NCBI RefSeq assembly: GCF_004010195.1
Contig: NC_057752.1
Span: 5,323,223 to 5,387,222, forward strand
DNA from: Chiloscyllium plagiosum
Taxonomy: Eukaryota
Length of the DNA stretch: 64,000 nt
Direction: 5' to 3'
Shown here: positions 1 to 13,099 of the stretch, one piece after another
Layout: every line of letters starts with the position of its first letter
Position numbering within the stretch: the first letter of the stretch is position 1
Position numbers and translations under genes: made by a program
Notes under the pieces: generated by a model
The model's database searches: none
The model's input: the letters and a program-made list of their open reading frames with translations, nothing else
Told to the model about the DNA's origin: nothing

Positions 1-372
1 CCTGACTCCAGTGACTTTTGAAAGATCTCAACCAACGCCTCTGCTATTTCCTCCGCCACCTCTCTCAGAACTCTAGGGTGTATCCCATCGGGGCCAGGAG
101 ATTTATGAATTTTAAGACTTTTTAACTTTTCTAGCACTATCTCTTTCGTAATGGCAACCCTCAACTCAGCCCCGTGACACCCTTTAATTTTTGGGATATT
201 ACTCATGTCTTCCACTGTGAAGACTGACGCAAAGTACTTGTTAAGTTCTCCTGCTATTTCCTTATCTCCCATCACTAGGCTTCCTGCATCAGTTTGAAGT
301 GGCCCAATGTCTACTTTTGCCTGTCGTTTGTTTCTTCTGTACTGAAAGAAACTTTTACTATTATTTCTAATA
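1..372 (-). mobile_element. CR1 LINE ORF2 fragment
   Basis: Minus strand reads as the CR1 linker region (LNKYFASVFTVED...KSPGPDGIHPRVLREVAEEIA). Confidence 0.8.
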
Positions 373-929
373 TGACCCAGGTAACTGAATGTATTTTTGA
401 AAGGTGCTTTGGTTTGGCTCTTGTTGCATGGCTTTGGTTTCCATCTACTTTGCTGCCACAAAGCTACATTCAGTTTCCAGATTGGCTCACTCCATAAACG
501 GCATACCACTCAAAAAATTAGTTTGTGTGAGAACAGTGTCTCATTTGGCATGAAATTTGAATATGGGGGGGGGGGGGGTGGGTTGGTGATTAGTTTAATA
601 AACACACAGCTTTACAAATTGTTACATTATTCCTGAACTCTTGTACATCACACAGGTGAGTATAAATTTTGAGAATTTTTTTCAAGGATAGATGAAACTA
701 AGCAAATCCCCTTTATTGTCTTGTTATAGTTACATAATGTGAAATTTTGGTCAAAAACTACGACCACGTTAAGGCACCAAATCTGGTTATTTGCCATTTC
801 CTTTACTTTTGAATAATTTCGGGATGTTTGAACATCTCCAAATACGAATGTTGAATTAGCGCTCTATGGTTGCATAGTGGTCTATTTTCTGCTTAATACT
901 ATGGAAGATGTTGTATTTAACCTAGGTTT

Positions 930-1156
930 ACCCCGACTAACATATCTAACACTATGGGCAATTTAACATGGCCAATTCACCTGACCTGCACATCTTTGGA
1001 TTGTGGGAGGACGCTGGAGTACCTGGAGGAAACCCATGCAGACACTGGGGGCAAGTGTTCAAACTCCACACAGACAGTCGCCCGAGGTGGGACTTGAACC
1101 CGGGTCCTTGGTGCTGTGAGGCAGCAGTGCTGGCCACTGAGCCACCGTGTTGCCCC
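930..1156 (-). mobile_element. HE1-like V-SINE, partial and diverged
   Basis: Reverse complement matches the tRNA-like head and core of the copies at 7328, 11420 and 24243. Confidence 0.85.
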
Positions 1157-1378
1157 TAAGATATAAAAGAGACCTAAGGGGCAACCTTTTCACACAGAGG
1201 GTGGTACGTGTATGGTTTTCTGAGGAAGTGGTGGAGGCTAGTACAATTACAACATTTTAAAAGGCATCTGGATGGGGATATGAATAGGAAGGTTTTGGAG
1301 GGATATGGGCCGGGTGCTGGCAGGTTGGACCAAAGGGTCTGTTTCCATGCTGTACATCTCTATGACTATGACTCTATG
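1157..1378 (+). mobile_element. CR1 LINE 3' end
   Basis: Ends in gggtctgtttccatgctgtacatctctatgactatgactcta, the tail seen on other CR1 copies in this window. Confidence 0.85.
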
Positions 1379-2276
1379 GAAGATTGGCAGGAAACTTGAA
1401 TAGTGATCTGCTTGGGAAGTGTTGAGGGACTTTATATGGACTAAAGTGTTGAGGTTCCACACCCACAAGTGCAAGCACATGGAATTTTGGCAATCTATTG
1501 ACATGCGTGAGGACTTGGTTGCACATACTTTGTCATGCATTCATTTGTATATAGGAGGTTAAATGTGATTTGATTTGAGGTGTTCAGGGTGATGAAAGCA
1601 TTTGATAATGTACATAACAATTTCCTCTGGTTAGGAGTGTCAGGAATGGGTTTGTAGGATGGATGGAAGAGCCTTTAAAATCGGAGCTAATCTGTTCAGT
1701 AAGTGCTACATCACACACAAGGTGAGTGGAACTTTGGACCTATTTGCCCAAAAAAGATTGAGGTTTGATTATTCGAATATTGCAAAACTGATAATTTTGT
1801 TAGGTAAAGGTATTAAAGGATATAGAACCATGGAGTTAAAATACAGGTCAATTGTATCACATTTGGCAGTATTTCTGGGAGGTAGGAATGGTCCATGGCT
1901 TTAAGATCATTGGCATTCCTTTCTCTGGTTCCATTTTTTTTGTACTTTCTCTTGCCTAGTGGAGTTCTCCAAAGAATTGTGTCCCTTCGTATGGGAGTTT
2001 CCTTCAAGTCGATTTCTTCTGAACGAGGGTCTACCATGCATTGATGCCTTGCATTTCTTGAGAGAGAAGCCATCCTTGTGATTTTGAAATGCTTCCTTTA
2101 TTGTCCTCTCGTTCAAGACCCTTCCTTGAGCCGAGCACAAAAGATTTGCTTTTGTAGTTCAAACTTGGGCATCCTAAGTACATGGCCAACCCAGTGCTAT
2201 TGGTCTCGGATGATTGTGGTTTTGATGCTGGTTCTGTTAGCTACTTCTAGGGCACTGATATTGTTAATGCTTGTCA

Positions 2277-3941
2277 AAGAGATGTAAAACATGGAAACAG
2301 ACCCTTTGGTCCAACTCATCCATGCTGACCAGATATCCTAACCTAATCTAGTCCCATTTGCCAGCACTTGGCCCATATTCCTATAAACCCTTCTTATTCA
2401 TGTGGAGAAAGTGAGGTCTGCAGATGCTGGAGATCAGAGCTGAAAATGTGTTGCTGGAAAAGCGCAGCAGGTCAGGCAGCATCCAGGGAACAGGAGAATC
2501 GACGTTTCGGGCATAAGCCCTTCTTATTCATGTACCCATCCAGGTACCTTTTAAATGTTGTAATCGTACTAGCCTCCATCACTTCCTCTGGTAGCTCATT
2601 CCGTACATGCACCACCCTCTGCGTAAAAATGTTGTCCCTTAGGTCCTTTTAAGTTTTTCTGCTCTCACCCTAAACCTATGCCCTCTAGTTCTGGACTTCC
2701 CCACCCCAGGGAAAATACTTGTCTATTTACCCTATCCGTGATTTTATAAACTTCTATAAGATAACCTGTCAGCCTCCAATGCTCCAGGGAAAACAGCACC
2801 CGCCTATTCAGTCTCCCCTATAGCTCAAATCCTCCAACCATGGCAACATCCTTGTAAATCTGAACCCTTTTAAAGTTTCACAACATCTGTCCTATAGGAG
2901 GGAGACCAGAATTATGCACAATATTCCAAAACTGGTCTAATCAATGTCCTGTACAGTCACAGCATGATCTCCCAACTCCTATACTCGATACTCTGACCAA
3001 TAAAGGCAAGCATACTAAACACTGCCTTCACAATCCTATCGATCTGCGCCTCTACTTTCAAGGAGCTATGAACCTGCACTCCAAGGTCTCTTTGTTCAGC
3101 AACACTCCCCAGGACTTTACCATTAAGTGTATAAGTCCTGCTAAGATTTGCTTTCCCAAAATGCAGCACCTCACATTTATCTAAATTAAACTTCATCTGC
3201 CAGTCCTCAGCCCATTGGCCCATCTGATCAAATCCCATTGTACTCTAAGATAACCTTCACTGTCCATTACACCTCCAATTTTGGTGTCATCTACAAACTT
3301 ACTATACCTCCTATGTTCACTTCCAATCATTTTACATAAATGATGAAAAACAGTGGACCCAGCACCAATCCTTGTGGGACACCACTGTTCACAGGCTTTT
3401 AGTCTGAAAGGCAACCCTCCACCACCACCCTCTGACTTCTACCTTCTACCCAGTTCTGTATCCAAAAAGATAGTTCTCCTTGTATTCCATGAGATTTAAC
3501 CTTGCAAGCCAGTCTCCCATTGGGAACCTTGTCAAATGTCTTACTGAAGTCCGTGTAGATCACATCCGCTGCTCTGCCCTCATCAATCCTCTTTGTTACT
3601 TCAAAAAACACAATCAAGTTTGTGAGACATGATTTCCCACGCACAAAGCTATGTTGACTATCCTTAATCAGTCCTTGCCTTTCCAAATACATGTAAGTCA
3701 TCAGGCTTCTCTCTAACAACCTGCCCACCAACGATGTCAGGCTCACTGATGTGTGGTTCCCTATCTTTTCCTTACCACCTTTCTTAAATAGTGGAACCAT
3801 GTTAGCTAAACTCCAGTCTTCCAGCACCTCACATGCCCTTTCCTAACTTCCCACAGAGTTCTAGGGTACACCTGATCAGGTCCTGGGGATTTATCCACCT
3901 TGTATGCATTTTAGGACATCCAGCGCCACTACCTCTCTAAT
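2277..3941 (-). mobile_element. CR1 LINE, 5'-truncated (RT region to 3' tail), frameshifted
   Basis: ORF fragments with VPLFKKG, SQHSFVRGKSCLTNL, DFSKTFDKVP, KFVDDTKIGG, WQMKFNLDKC; tail near 2280. Confidence 0.92.
2404..2517 (-). mobile_element. Penelope-like element terminal fragment with partial hammerhead motif, flanked by a 16-bp duplication
   Basis: cccttcttattcatgt occurs at 2388-2403 and 2518-2533. Minus strand reads aagaagggc-ttat-gccc-gaaa-cgtc. Confidence 0.7.
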
Positions 3942-4914
3942 ATCATCTCAGCTGATGTGGAGAATCTTCTTAAGCAACATTGGTACTTCTCAAGGGTCTT
4001 GAGATGGCATTAGGTTCTCGTTTCCGAGATCTATACAAGAGTTGGAAGGATTTATACACAAGGATTTTCGTCTCAGAACAGATGTCACAGTTATCAAAGA
4101 CCCTAACCCTTGGGGTGTCTGAAGGTGATGCTCACAAGTTGGGTGCAATGTTGAATCTCTGCACTGATGTCAGCCTTAATTTGAGATGTAGCTGGTAAGG
4201 GAAATGTTCTGCATTTGGGAGGATTTCTTTATTGATCTTAATGGGTTTTAAGTTGGGATGGGTCATGTTGAGGTTGATGCCTCGGCCATTTCTTTGGTAT
4301 GCTCCTGTGTAGGCATTAAGTGGGGCTTGAAGACTCTCTTCCGAGAGAGCACAGTTGACCTTGTCATCCACATGCTAAAGTTCAGCAAGTGAGGTTAGTG
4401 TAATTTTCTTGGTTGCAAGTGCTTGAGGTCGAAAGTGTCTATGGATGGAAAAATGTCCACACTGCTGGGAAGTGATAAAAGGATGGAGAATGGTGGTAAT
4501 GAAGATGGAGAAAAGGATGGGAGTGACGACGGATTCCTGCCTGACCTCTATCTTGACCTCAAGGATTCTGTCATTTTTACTGCTGGGAAGGACTATCGTC
4601 AACATTTTGTGTTGGGGACTGAGAATGTTGATGAATTTCACTGGAAAGCTGACCTTTGACAGGGCATTCCATGGCGCATCCTGATTGAGTCAAAAGCCTT
4701 GGTCAGATTGATGAAGGGCATGTAGAGATGTTGCTTTTCCTGGAAATTCTCTGGGAGTTGCTGAGCTGCAAAAAGCATACCCATAGTTCCATGGTTTAGT
4801 TGGAAGCCACGGTGACTTTCAAGATGGATCCCCTCGGGCCGGGAGAAGGCGCCTGAAAGGATTTGGATGGTGATCCTCCTGCTGGCAGAGAGCAGAGAGT
4901 TTGATGGAGTCAAT

Positions 4915-6093
4915 TATAAAGGATGTAATAACTGAGTATTTAGAAAGCGGTGACAGAATCACTCCAAGTCAGCATGGATTCACTAAAAGGAAATCATACT
5001 TGACAAATCTCATTCTTTGAGGATGTGACTAGTAGAGTTGTCAAGGGTGAATCAGTGAATGTGTATCTGGACTTTTGAAAGGCTTTTGACAAGATCCCAC
5101 ATGAGATTAGTAAGCAAAATTAAAGCTCATGGTTTTGAAGGTCATGTATTTATGTGGATACAGAACTGTTTACCAAACAGGAAACAGAGTTGGAATAAAT
5201 GGGTCCTTTTCACAGTGGCAAGCAGTGACAACTAGGGTACTGCCGGGTTTGGTGTCGGGACTCGAGCTGTTCACAATATGCATTAATGATTTGGCCAAAG
5301 GAATTGAATGTAATATCTCAATTTGCAGAAGACACTAAGTGGCAGTGTCTACTGTGAGGAGGATGCTAAGAGGCTGCAGGGTGAATTGAACATGCTGGCG
5401 GAGTGGGCAAATATTTGGTAAATGCAATATAATGTGGATTAGTGTGGGATTATCTTTTTTGGCAAACACAGGAAGGCAGATTATTATTTGAATGGTGAGG
5501 TGCAGCGCGACCTGGGTGTCATAGTGAAACAGTTATGAAGGTTGGTATGCAGCTGGAGCAGGCGGTGAGGAAAGCTAATGGCATGCTGGCCTTCATTGCA
5601 AGAGGATTTGAGTATAGGAGTAGGGATGTCTAGCCACAATTATACAGGGCCTTGGTGAGGCCACTCCTTGAGTATTGTGTGCAGTTTTGGCCGCCTAATC
5701 TTGTTGTTGAGGGAGTCCAGTGAAGGTTTACCAGACTGATTCCCAGGATGGCAGGACTGACATATGAGGATAAACTGGATTGACTGGACCTGTACTCACT
5801 TGAAGTCCAGAACTAGGGGTCACAGTCTGAGAATAAGGGTAAGCCATTCAGGACCGCGATGAGGAAGAATTTTTTCACTCCGTTGTAAACCTGTGGAATT
5901 CTCTTCCATAGTAAGTTGTTGGGGCTAGTTGGTTAGATGTATTCAAGACCGAGCTGGATGTGGCCCTTGCGGCTAAAGGGATCAAGGGTATGGAGAGAAA
6001 GTAGGAGTGGGGTACTGATATTGCATGGTCATCTATGATATTGAATGGTGGTGCAGGGTTGAATGGCCTACTCCACCTATTTTCTATGTTTCC
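4915..6093 (+). mobile_element. CR1 LINE (RT to 3' tail), degenerate
   Basis: SQHGFTKRKS.LTNL, YLDF.KAFDKIPH and LEYCVQFW remnants; tail tgaatggcctactcc...ctattttctatgtttc. Confidence 0.9.
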
Positions 6094-6863
6094 TTGTTAG
6101 TTGCCACTGATAAGCTACGATCTAGTTAAATGATGGAATGGGTTGATTTTCTTCCTTTTTAAAAAGATATAATTTGCAAACCCTCCACCTAGTTTGGGCA
6201 AGTTCCCTTCTTGAACTGACCAGGTGAGAAACAAAGCATCTTGCTGATTTGTGTTAGCAATATTTGTAATATTAGCATGTAATGTAATATTAGTGGGCTT
6301 CTCCAATTTGAATCCATTACCTTTTCTTTTACTTTTAATTCTCACAGCGGATTTATGAAACTTGTAGCGACTCTTAACATTTAACTGCATAGTAATACAA
6401 TCTCTTCCTCCTAACTTGTAAGTAGCTACCCAGGACTGGTTGGTGGAGTTAAGTTATGGATCAACCATGACAGGCTTGAAGGCTGAATTACCTAATCCTG
6501 TTGTGCAATGTATCGAAAACAAATAAAAAGAATTTGTTTTTTTGGTAGAATAGTTATTAGATTCTGGTATTTGGCTATTTCCAGGGATCTTTGATAAACA
6601 TTGCTCAATGTGAAGTACATTTGATTGGTAAAGGTTGGTATGAGAATTGTACATCAAGGGTATGAAGCCCTGGACATGTTCATTTGTGAGGGAAGCACAG
6701 TGTGGTTCATCCCCCTCCACCCCACCCCAATTTAAAGCACAATGCCAGCATAGTACTTTTTGTTTTTTTTAAGCATGCACCTTCTGTTTCTATGCAAAAA
6801 CACTCTCCTAATTTATTTTTCAGGTGCTTCAGTAAGGGGTGTGGATTCTGGAAAAAGTGCAGC

Positions 6864-6912
6864 ATGGATGGAATGGAATCAAGCAATGAAGATAATTGCA
6901 CAAATGCCACAG
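6864..6912 (+). CDS. KMT2D: KMT2D coding exon 1 (start; MDGMESSNEDNCTNAT), exon begins at 6824 with 5'UTR
   Basis: Acceptor ttatttttcag|6824, ATG in agcATGg context, donor acag|gtctgg. 49 coding nt ending in phase 1, the same size and phase as I recall for human (MDSQKLAGEDKDSEPA), and it joins exon 2 in frame. Confidence 0.72.
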
Positions 6913-7327
6913 GTCTGGTTTACTGTTGGTGTTAGGTGTTTGTGTGTGTTCATTCTGTACTAGCCCTAGTGTGCTTTGTTTGTCAGTGAAAACCTGACCA
7001 CTTAGCAGCACTAGTATTGAAATACTGTGTTTCAGTTTATCTGATAGCATTCGTATGTGCGCTGATTACTCTGCCTTTTTCACCATTACCTCTCACTTTC
7101 CTTCTTGTTTTAATGCTCTGACATTCAGTTGTGTATTCTCCCATATTCCCTCCCTTTCAATCTATTTCCTGCTCCCCTTGCTTTTGGGCCCTCCCCCATG
7201 TGTGCTTGCAAAAAAAAAACGTAATTGTGTGATTTTACTTGCCCAAAATAATTGTATTTCAGCCTCTTTTGAATAGCCAAAGGCCTTTCACACTAATGTT
7301 AATATCATGAAATGTGGTTCACTTTGT

Positions 7328-7646
7328 GGGCGGCATGGTGGCACAGTGGTTAGCACTGTTGCCTCACAGCGCCAGAGACCCGGGTTCAATTCCCGCCTCA
7401 GGTGACTGACTGTGTGGAGTTTGCACATTCTCCCCGTGTCTGCGTGGGTTTCCTCCGGGTGCTCCGGTTTCCTCCCACAGTCCAAAAATGTGCAGGTCAG
7501 GTGAATTGGCCATGCTAAATTGCCCGTAGTGTTAGGTGCAGGGGTAAATGTAGGGGAATGGGTCTGGGTGAGTTGCGCTTCGGCGGGTTGGTGTGGACTT
7601 GTTGGGCCGAAGGGCCTGTTTCCACACTGTAAGTAATCTAATCTAA
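7328..7646 (+). mobile_element. HE1-like V-SINE, full length
   Basis: Pol III A box (tggcacagtgg) and B box (ggttcaattcc), V-SINE core, LINE-like tail ending in (aatct)n. Confidence 0.92.
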
Positions 7647-8244
7647 TTTGTTTTGTATGACTTTGAGTGGCTTTTCTATCCTGTCCAATTAGAATGGCTC
7701 CTGACTGGAGGAAAGTCGGAGTCACGTGTGAATTTTGTATCCTTTTGAAGGTGCACCGAAATTAGCCATTAAAACATCTCATAACTATATTGTGGTCAGT
7801 CATTTCTGTAGTTCAAAATTGTTTGCTGACCTGCATAGAACTGCTAATGAACAGCTTCAAAGACATTTCTCTGCCAGCCTATATTCAACTGATCAACAGC
7901 TAAGCAGATCTAGGTTCAGGAAATCCTTCTTTTGAAGTGACATTTTATCTACAGGATCTGTGTTCTCTGCAGCTTTAGAAAGTCTGTGTTACCTTAAGCT
8001 AAGCACTGGAAAGATTGAAATTATCATTTTGGGCTCCTCCTGTTGAAATACCATCACATGGATGCTTTTGTACTGTGAAAGTTGTACTGCACAGTAATCT
8101 ATAGTGGCAAATGCTGAACATTTTAATAAATGCATACTAAGCTGTAATTTGTAGTAATTGCAAGCTGTTACCTTTAGGATTCTGAATTCTTTCTTTTGTA
8201 AACCTTCCTGTGATGCATTAGGAAGGCAAATAGGATGCTGTTTA

Positions 8245-8580
8245 TTATAAGGAGAGTGGAATATAAAAGTAGGGAAATTTGACTGCAACTGTACAAGGCC
8301 TCAGTGAGACCACATCTGGAGTACTGTGTAGTGTTTTGGTCTCCTTATTCAAAAAGGATATGATTGTGTTTGCAGTTCAAAGAAGGTTCACTTGACTCAT
8401 TCCTGGGATAGAGGACTTAAGAAAGGTTGAACAGTTGGGCCTGTACCCATTGCAGTTTAGAACAATGAGATTATCATACTGAAACATGTAAGATCCTGAG
8501 GGGACTTGACAGATTGGCTTCTGAGAGGATGTTTCCACTTTGGAATTAGGGGACACAATTTAAGAATGAGGAACTTCAGA
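8245..8580 (+). mobile_element. CR1 LINE fragment
   Basis: LYKASVRPHLEYCV.FWSP remnant. Confidence 0.75.
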
Positions 8581-9461
8581 CCACAAACTCAGTTCACCAT
8601 TTTTTCTGGTTTTCTTGGTTTAGCTTTCAACAGAGCTGAGTGATATTCTGGCGTTAATACACTTTGGACTGATCTCTCTTTTCCACAATCATCACCAACT
8701 GTTTTGCTATTTGTTCACAGGTGATCTCAAATGTCCCTCATCCTGTTGCATTCCCTGTCCTTCCATTCTGTTCAGCTTGCTTCTCCCACTTGACTTTGAA
8801 CAGTGTATCTCTGGCTCTCATTTGCCTTGTATTCAAGGCTCAGTTAAACAGATTTGTAATAGACAGGGGCATCCAGGATTATGGGGTGCAAACAAGAAAG
8901 TGGAGCTAAGACCACAATCCGATCAGCCACAATCGTAATCGGTGCCAGAGCAGTCTTGGAGGGCTGAACAGTAACCGTGCATCTAAGTCCTATCTTACAT
9001 TGCCACTTATAAAATTAGAACATAGTATCTAAACCAATTACTCACATTGTTCAACTTCAATCAGCGAACAGAACACTGAGACTTTAATTCACCCAATGTA
9101 CTTATGATTTCTGTCTGCTTTCAACTGTAGGTGAACCTTTGTATTCAAGAAGATGTTTTCACTTACTAAGCTATCTCAGGAAACACAAGGATAAATCATT
9201 TTTAAGCTTGCTTCTGTTATTCATTTTATCAATGCTCGCACACGATTGTTCTCTTCAGAAGGTGGCTCAATATCGCTGTGTTAGTGTTCACAAAGTTTTA
9301 ATTGCTAAACCTGTTCGCTAAAGTGTTTTCAAATAAAGCACAAATGCTAGTGTCGACTCCGAAAGCCATTGTAGCACCAAAGGGGACCAGTCAGCCAATT
9401 TTTTTTATCACTGACTCTTGAAGAGCTGGCTATTTCGTTGATTTATCTCCTGTGCCTACTG

Positions 9462-12400
9462 TCATAGAGTCAGAGCCATACAGTATGGAAGCAGACCCTT
9501 CAGTCCAACTCATTCATGCCGACCAAGTTTCCTAAACTAAACTAGTCCCATTTACCTGTGTTTTGGCCCTTATCCCTCTAAACCTTTCCTATTCATGTAT
9601 CTGTCCAAATGGCTTTAAAATATTGCAATTGTACTCTCCTCTGCCACTTCCTCTGGCAGCTCATTTTATATATGAACCACCCTCTGTGTGAAAGAGTTGC
9701 CCCTCAGGACCCTTTTAAATCGTTCTCCTGTCACTGTAAAAATATGTCCTCTAGTTTGGAACTGTCCTAACCTCGGAAAAAGACTTTCTGCTTTTCACCT
9801 TTATCTATGCCCCTCATGATTTTATAGCTCTCTATAAGGTCACCCCTCAACCTCCCACATCCCAGGGGAGAAAAAGGTCCCACCCTGTCCAGCCTCTCCC
9901 TAGAACACAAACCCTCCAGTCCCAGTAACATCCTGGTAAATCTTTTCTGCACCCTGTCCAATTTAATAATATCCTTCCTATAGCAGGGCGACCAGAACTG
10001 TACACAGTACTCCAGAAGAGGCCTCGCGAACCTCCTGTACAGCTGTAGCATGATGTCCCACATCTTATAGGCCCTGGTGTGAGTAATGAAGACTTGTGTG
10101 CCAAACACCGCTTTAACCTGTCTATCTGTGGCGCAACCTTCAATGAACTATGTACCTGAACCCCTAGGTGTCTCTGTTAGACTACACTACCCAGGGCCCT
10201 ACCATTAACTGTGTAAATCCTGCCCTTGTTCGTTTTACCAAAATGCAACATCTTGCATTTATCCAAATTAAACTCCATCTGCTACTCTTCAGCCCATTGG
10301 CCCAACTAATCAAAATCCCTTTGTAATCTTAGATAACCACCTTCACTGTCGACTATACCACCCATTTTGGTGTCATCCCCAAACTTATTAACTATGTCTC
10401 CTATATTCTCTTCTAAATCGTTTATATAAATGACAACAGCAGTGGACCCAGTACAAATCCCTGCGGAGCACTGCAGGTCACAGGCCTCCAGTCCCAAAAT
10501 CAACCCTCCATCACCATCCCCTGTCTCCTTCCATCAAGCCAATTTTGTATCGAATTGTCAAGCTCTCCTTGAATCCCATGTGATCTAACTTTACTAACCA
10601 GTCTACCACGCGGAACCGTGTTGAAGGCTTTACTAAAGTCCACGTTGACAACGACTACCACTTTGTCATCATCTACCTTCTTGGTCATGCCCTGAAAAAA
10701 AACTCAGTCAAGTTAGTGATTCCCCACGCACCAAGCCATACTGACTATCCCTAATCAGTCCTTGCCTCTCCAAGGGCATGTAAATACTATCTCTCAAAAT
10801 CCCCTCCAACAACTTAACCACCACAGATGTCAGACTCACCGTTCTATTGTTCCAAGGCTTGTCCTGGAAGCCCAACATCAGCCATCCTTCCCGGCACCTC
10901 ACCTGTGGCTGTAGGTGATACAAATATCTTTGTTAGTGGCCCAGCAATTTCTTCCCTTGCCTCCTACAACATCCTGGCATACGCCTGATTGGGTCCTGGA
11001 GCTTTATCCACCTTTGTGTTTTAAGACCTCCAGCACCACCTCTTCTGTAATGTGGACTGTTTTTAAGACATCAGTATTTATTTCCCTGAATTCCCTAGCC
11101 TCCATGTCTGTCTCTGCAGTAAATACTGACATGAAATATTCGTTTAGTATCTCTTCCATTTCCTGTGGTTCCACAATCACTTTAAGCAGCCCTATTTTCT
11201 ACCTAGTTGCTCTTTTACTCTTAACGTACTTGTGGAATCTCATTGCATTATCCTTTTTCTTATCTGCCAAGGCTATCTCATTTCCCCTTTTTGCCCTCCT
11301 AATTTTCCTATTAGGATTGCCCTTACCCCTCTTTATACCCTTCAAGATCCTACTTGATCCCAGTTGGCTACACCTGACACGTGCCTCCTCCTTATTTTTA
11401 ACGAGAGCCTCACTATTGTGGGCGGCACGGTGGCACAGTGGTTAGCACTGCTGCCTCTCAGCGCCAGAGACCCGGGTTCAATTCCTGCCTCAGGTAACTG
11501 ACTGTGTGGAGTTTGCACATTCTCCCCGTGTCTGCATGGGTTTCCTCCGGGTGCTCCGGTTTCCTTCCACAGTCCAAAGATGTGCAGGTTAGGTGAATTG
11601 GCCATGCTAAAAATTGCCCGTAGTGTTAGGTGCAGCGGTAAATGTAGGGGAATGGGTCTGGGTGGGTGCGCTTCGGCGGGTCAGTGTGGACTTGTTTGGC
11701 CGAAGGGCCTGTTTCCACACTGTAAATAATCTAATCTAATCTATCTTTATTCATCCATTGCTCCCTACTCCTACCATCCTTAATATTCACTAATGGGAAC
11801 ATACTGCCTCTGAACTTGTTATCCCACATTTCCAAATCTCTGACTTGCCAGTCATCCCTGCGATCAGTCTTCCCCCAGTCAACTTTTGAAAGTTCCTATC
11901 TTATACTGTCAAAATTGGCCTTCCTCCAATTTAGAACTTTAACTTTTAAAACTAATCAACTTATGATCACTAGTCCTAAAGTGCTCCTCCACTTACTGAC
12001 CTGCCTTATTTCTCAGGGGAAGGTTAGGTTTTGCTCTTGCTCTGGTAGGTACATCTACATATTGATTAAAAATTTCTTCAACATGTAACAAATTTATCCC
12101 CATCCAAGCCCTTAACACTATGGTAGTCCAAGTCTTATGTTTGGAAAAGTAAAATGCCCTGCTACTATCACCCTATTACACATGCAAATATCTGAGATCT
12201 CTCCACATATTTGCTCCTCAGTTTTCTGCTGATTGTTGGGGGGGGTGGGGAGGGCTATTGTACAATCCCATGAAGGTGATCATCCCCTCCTTATTTCGGA
12301 GTTCCACCCATATAGCTTCACTGGATGATCCCTCGCAAATATCTTTGTAAGTACAGCAGTGATGTTTCCCCTAAGCAAAAACACCACTCCCCTTCCTGTT

Positions 12401-12690
12401 TTGCCTCCTTTTCTATCCTTTCTATGGCATCTAAACCTCGGAACATCGAGCTGCCAGTCCTGTCCATCTCTGAGCCACGTCTCCGTAGTAGCTGTGATAT
12501 CCCGGTCTCATGTTCCCAGCCATGCCCTAAGCTCGTCTGCCTTGCATTTGAGACCCCTTGCATTGAAATAAATGCAGTTTAATTCTTCAAAGTTACTGTG
12601 TTCTCTGACTTGCTCTTGCCTGCCTTGTCTAAATAACTTGCTTTTTTTAACTTCTGAACCACCCTCATCTATGTCTCTATACTCACTGCT
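9462..12690 (-). mobile_element. CR1 LINE, long degenerate copy (endonuclease to tail), interrupted by a SINE
   Basis: ORF fragments LLEYCVQFWSP, KFGDDTKMGG and DFSKAFNTVP; endonuclease-like remnants near 12300-12560. Confidence 0.9.
11420..11743 (+). mobile_element. HE1-like V-SINE, full length, inserted in CR1
   Basis: Near-identical to 7328-7646. Confidence 0.92.
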
Positions 12691-13099
12691 GCTTAGGAAA
12701 GCTCTTGTTTTTGCTCTCTAAGGGCTCCCAAGTAAGCACTAGCAAATTTTGGTTTGTCCAGATCGTGATATATGACTCCAGTTGGAGTTTCACATGGCCC
12801 ATTTAACACACCAAAAATTAGGTATTGTATCCTGCCATTTGAACTGTCTAATTTGGAAGGCCCTTCTCGGTGTTGCATTTCAGGAAGAATGTAATCAATC
12901 ATTAGGAACAGAGAAAATTTGGGTATAGCTTTTGGTGTCAAATCATTTCAAGCCTGTGCTGTTTGAGTGCTCTGCTTTTTCTTCTCTACTGTGCTCCACA
13001 GTCAAAATTTGAGCTAACTGCTCTGTGTATCGTTTAAGTTGATGGTAATAACAGTACTGTTCACAGACCACCTTGCTACAAAATCTCATGGCGAATGTG

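Larger units (their letters stand above)
1906..4912 (-). mobile_element. RTE-clade LINE remnant split by a CR1 insertion (pieces 1906-2276 and 3942-4912)
   Basis: Degenerate RTE RT motifs: ESHRGF..GT..MLFAAQQL.E...LYM.FINLTKAFDS, V.Q..V..PILFSIF, HLKTLEKY, HWVGHVLRMP. Confidence 0.8.

Noticed and set aside
7328..7400. tRNA genes at SINE heads
   Set aside because: A and B boxes are present, but they continue into the SINE core and tail and no full cloverleaf is evident.
7288..7725. Recurrent ORFs such as MANSPDLHIFGLWEETG and LDCGRKPEHPEETHADTG (also near 968, 11342, 24215, 57263)
   Set aside because: Translations of the HE1-like SINE, not genes.
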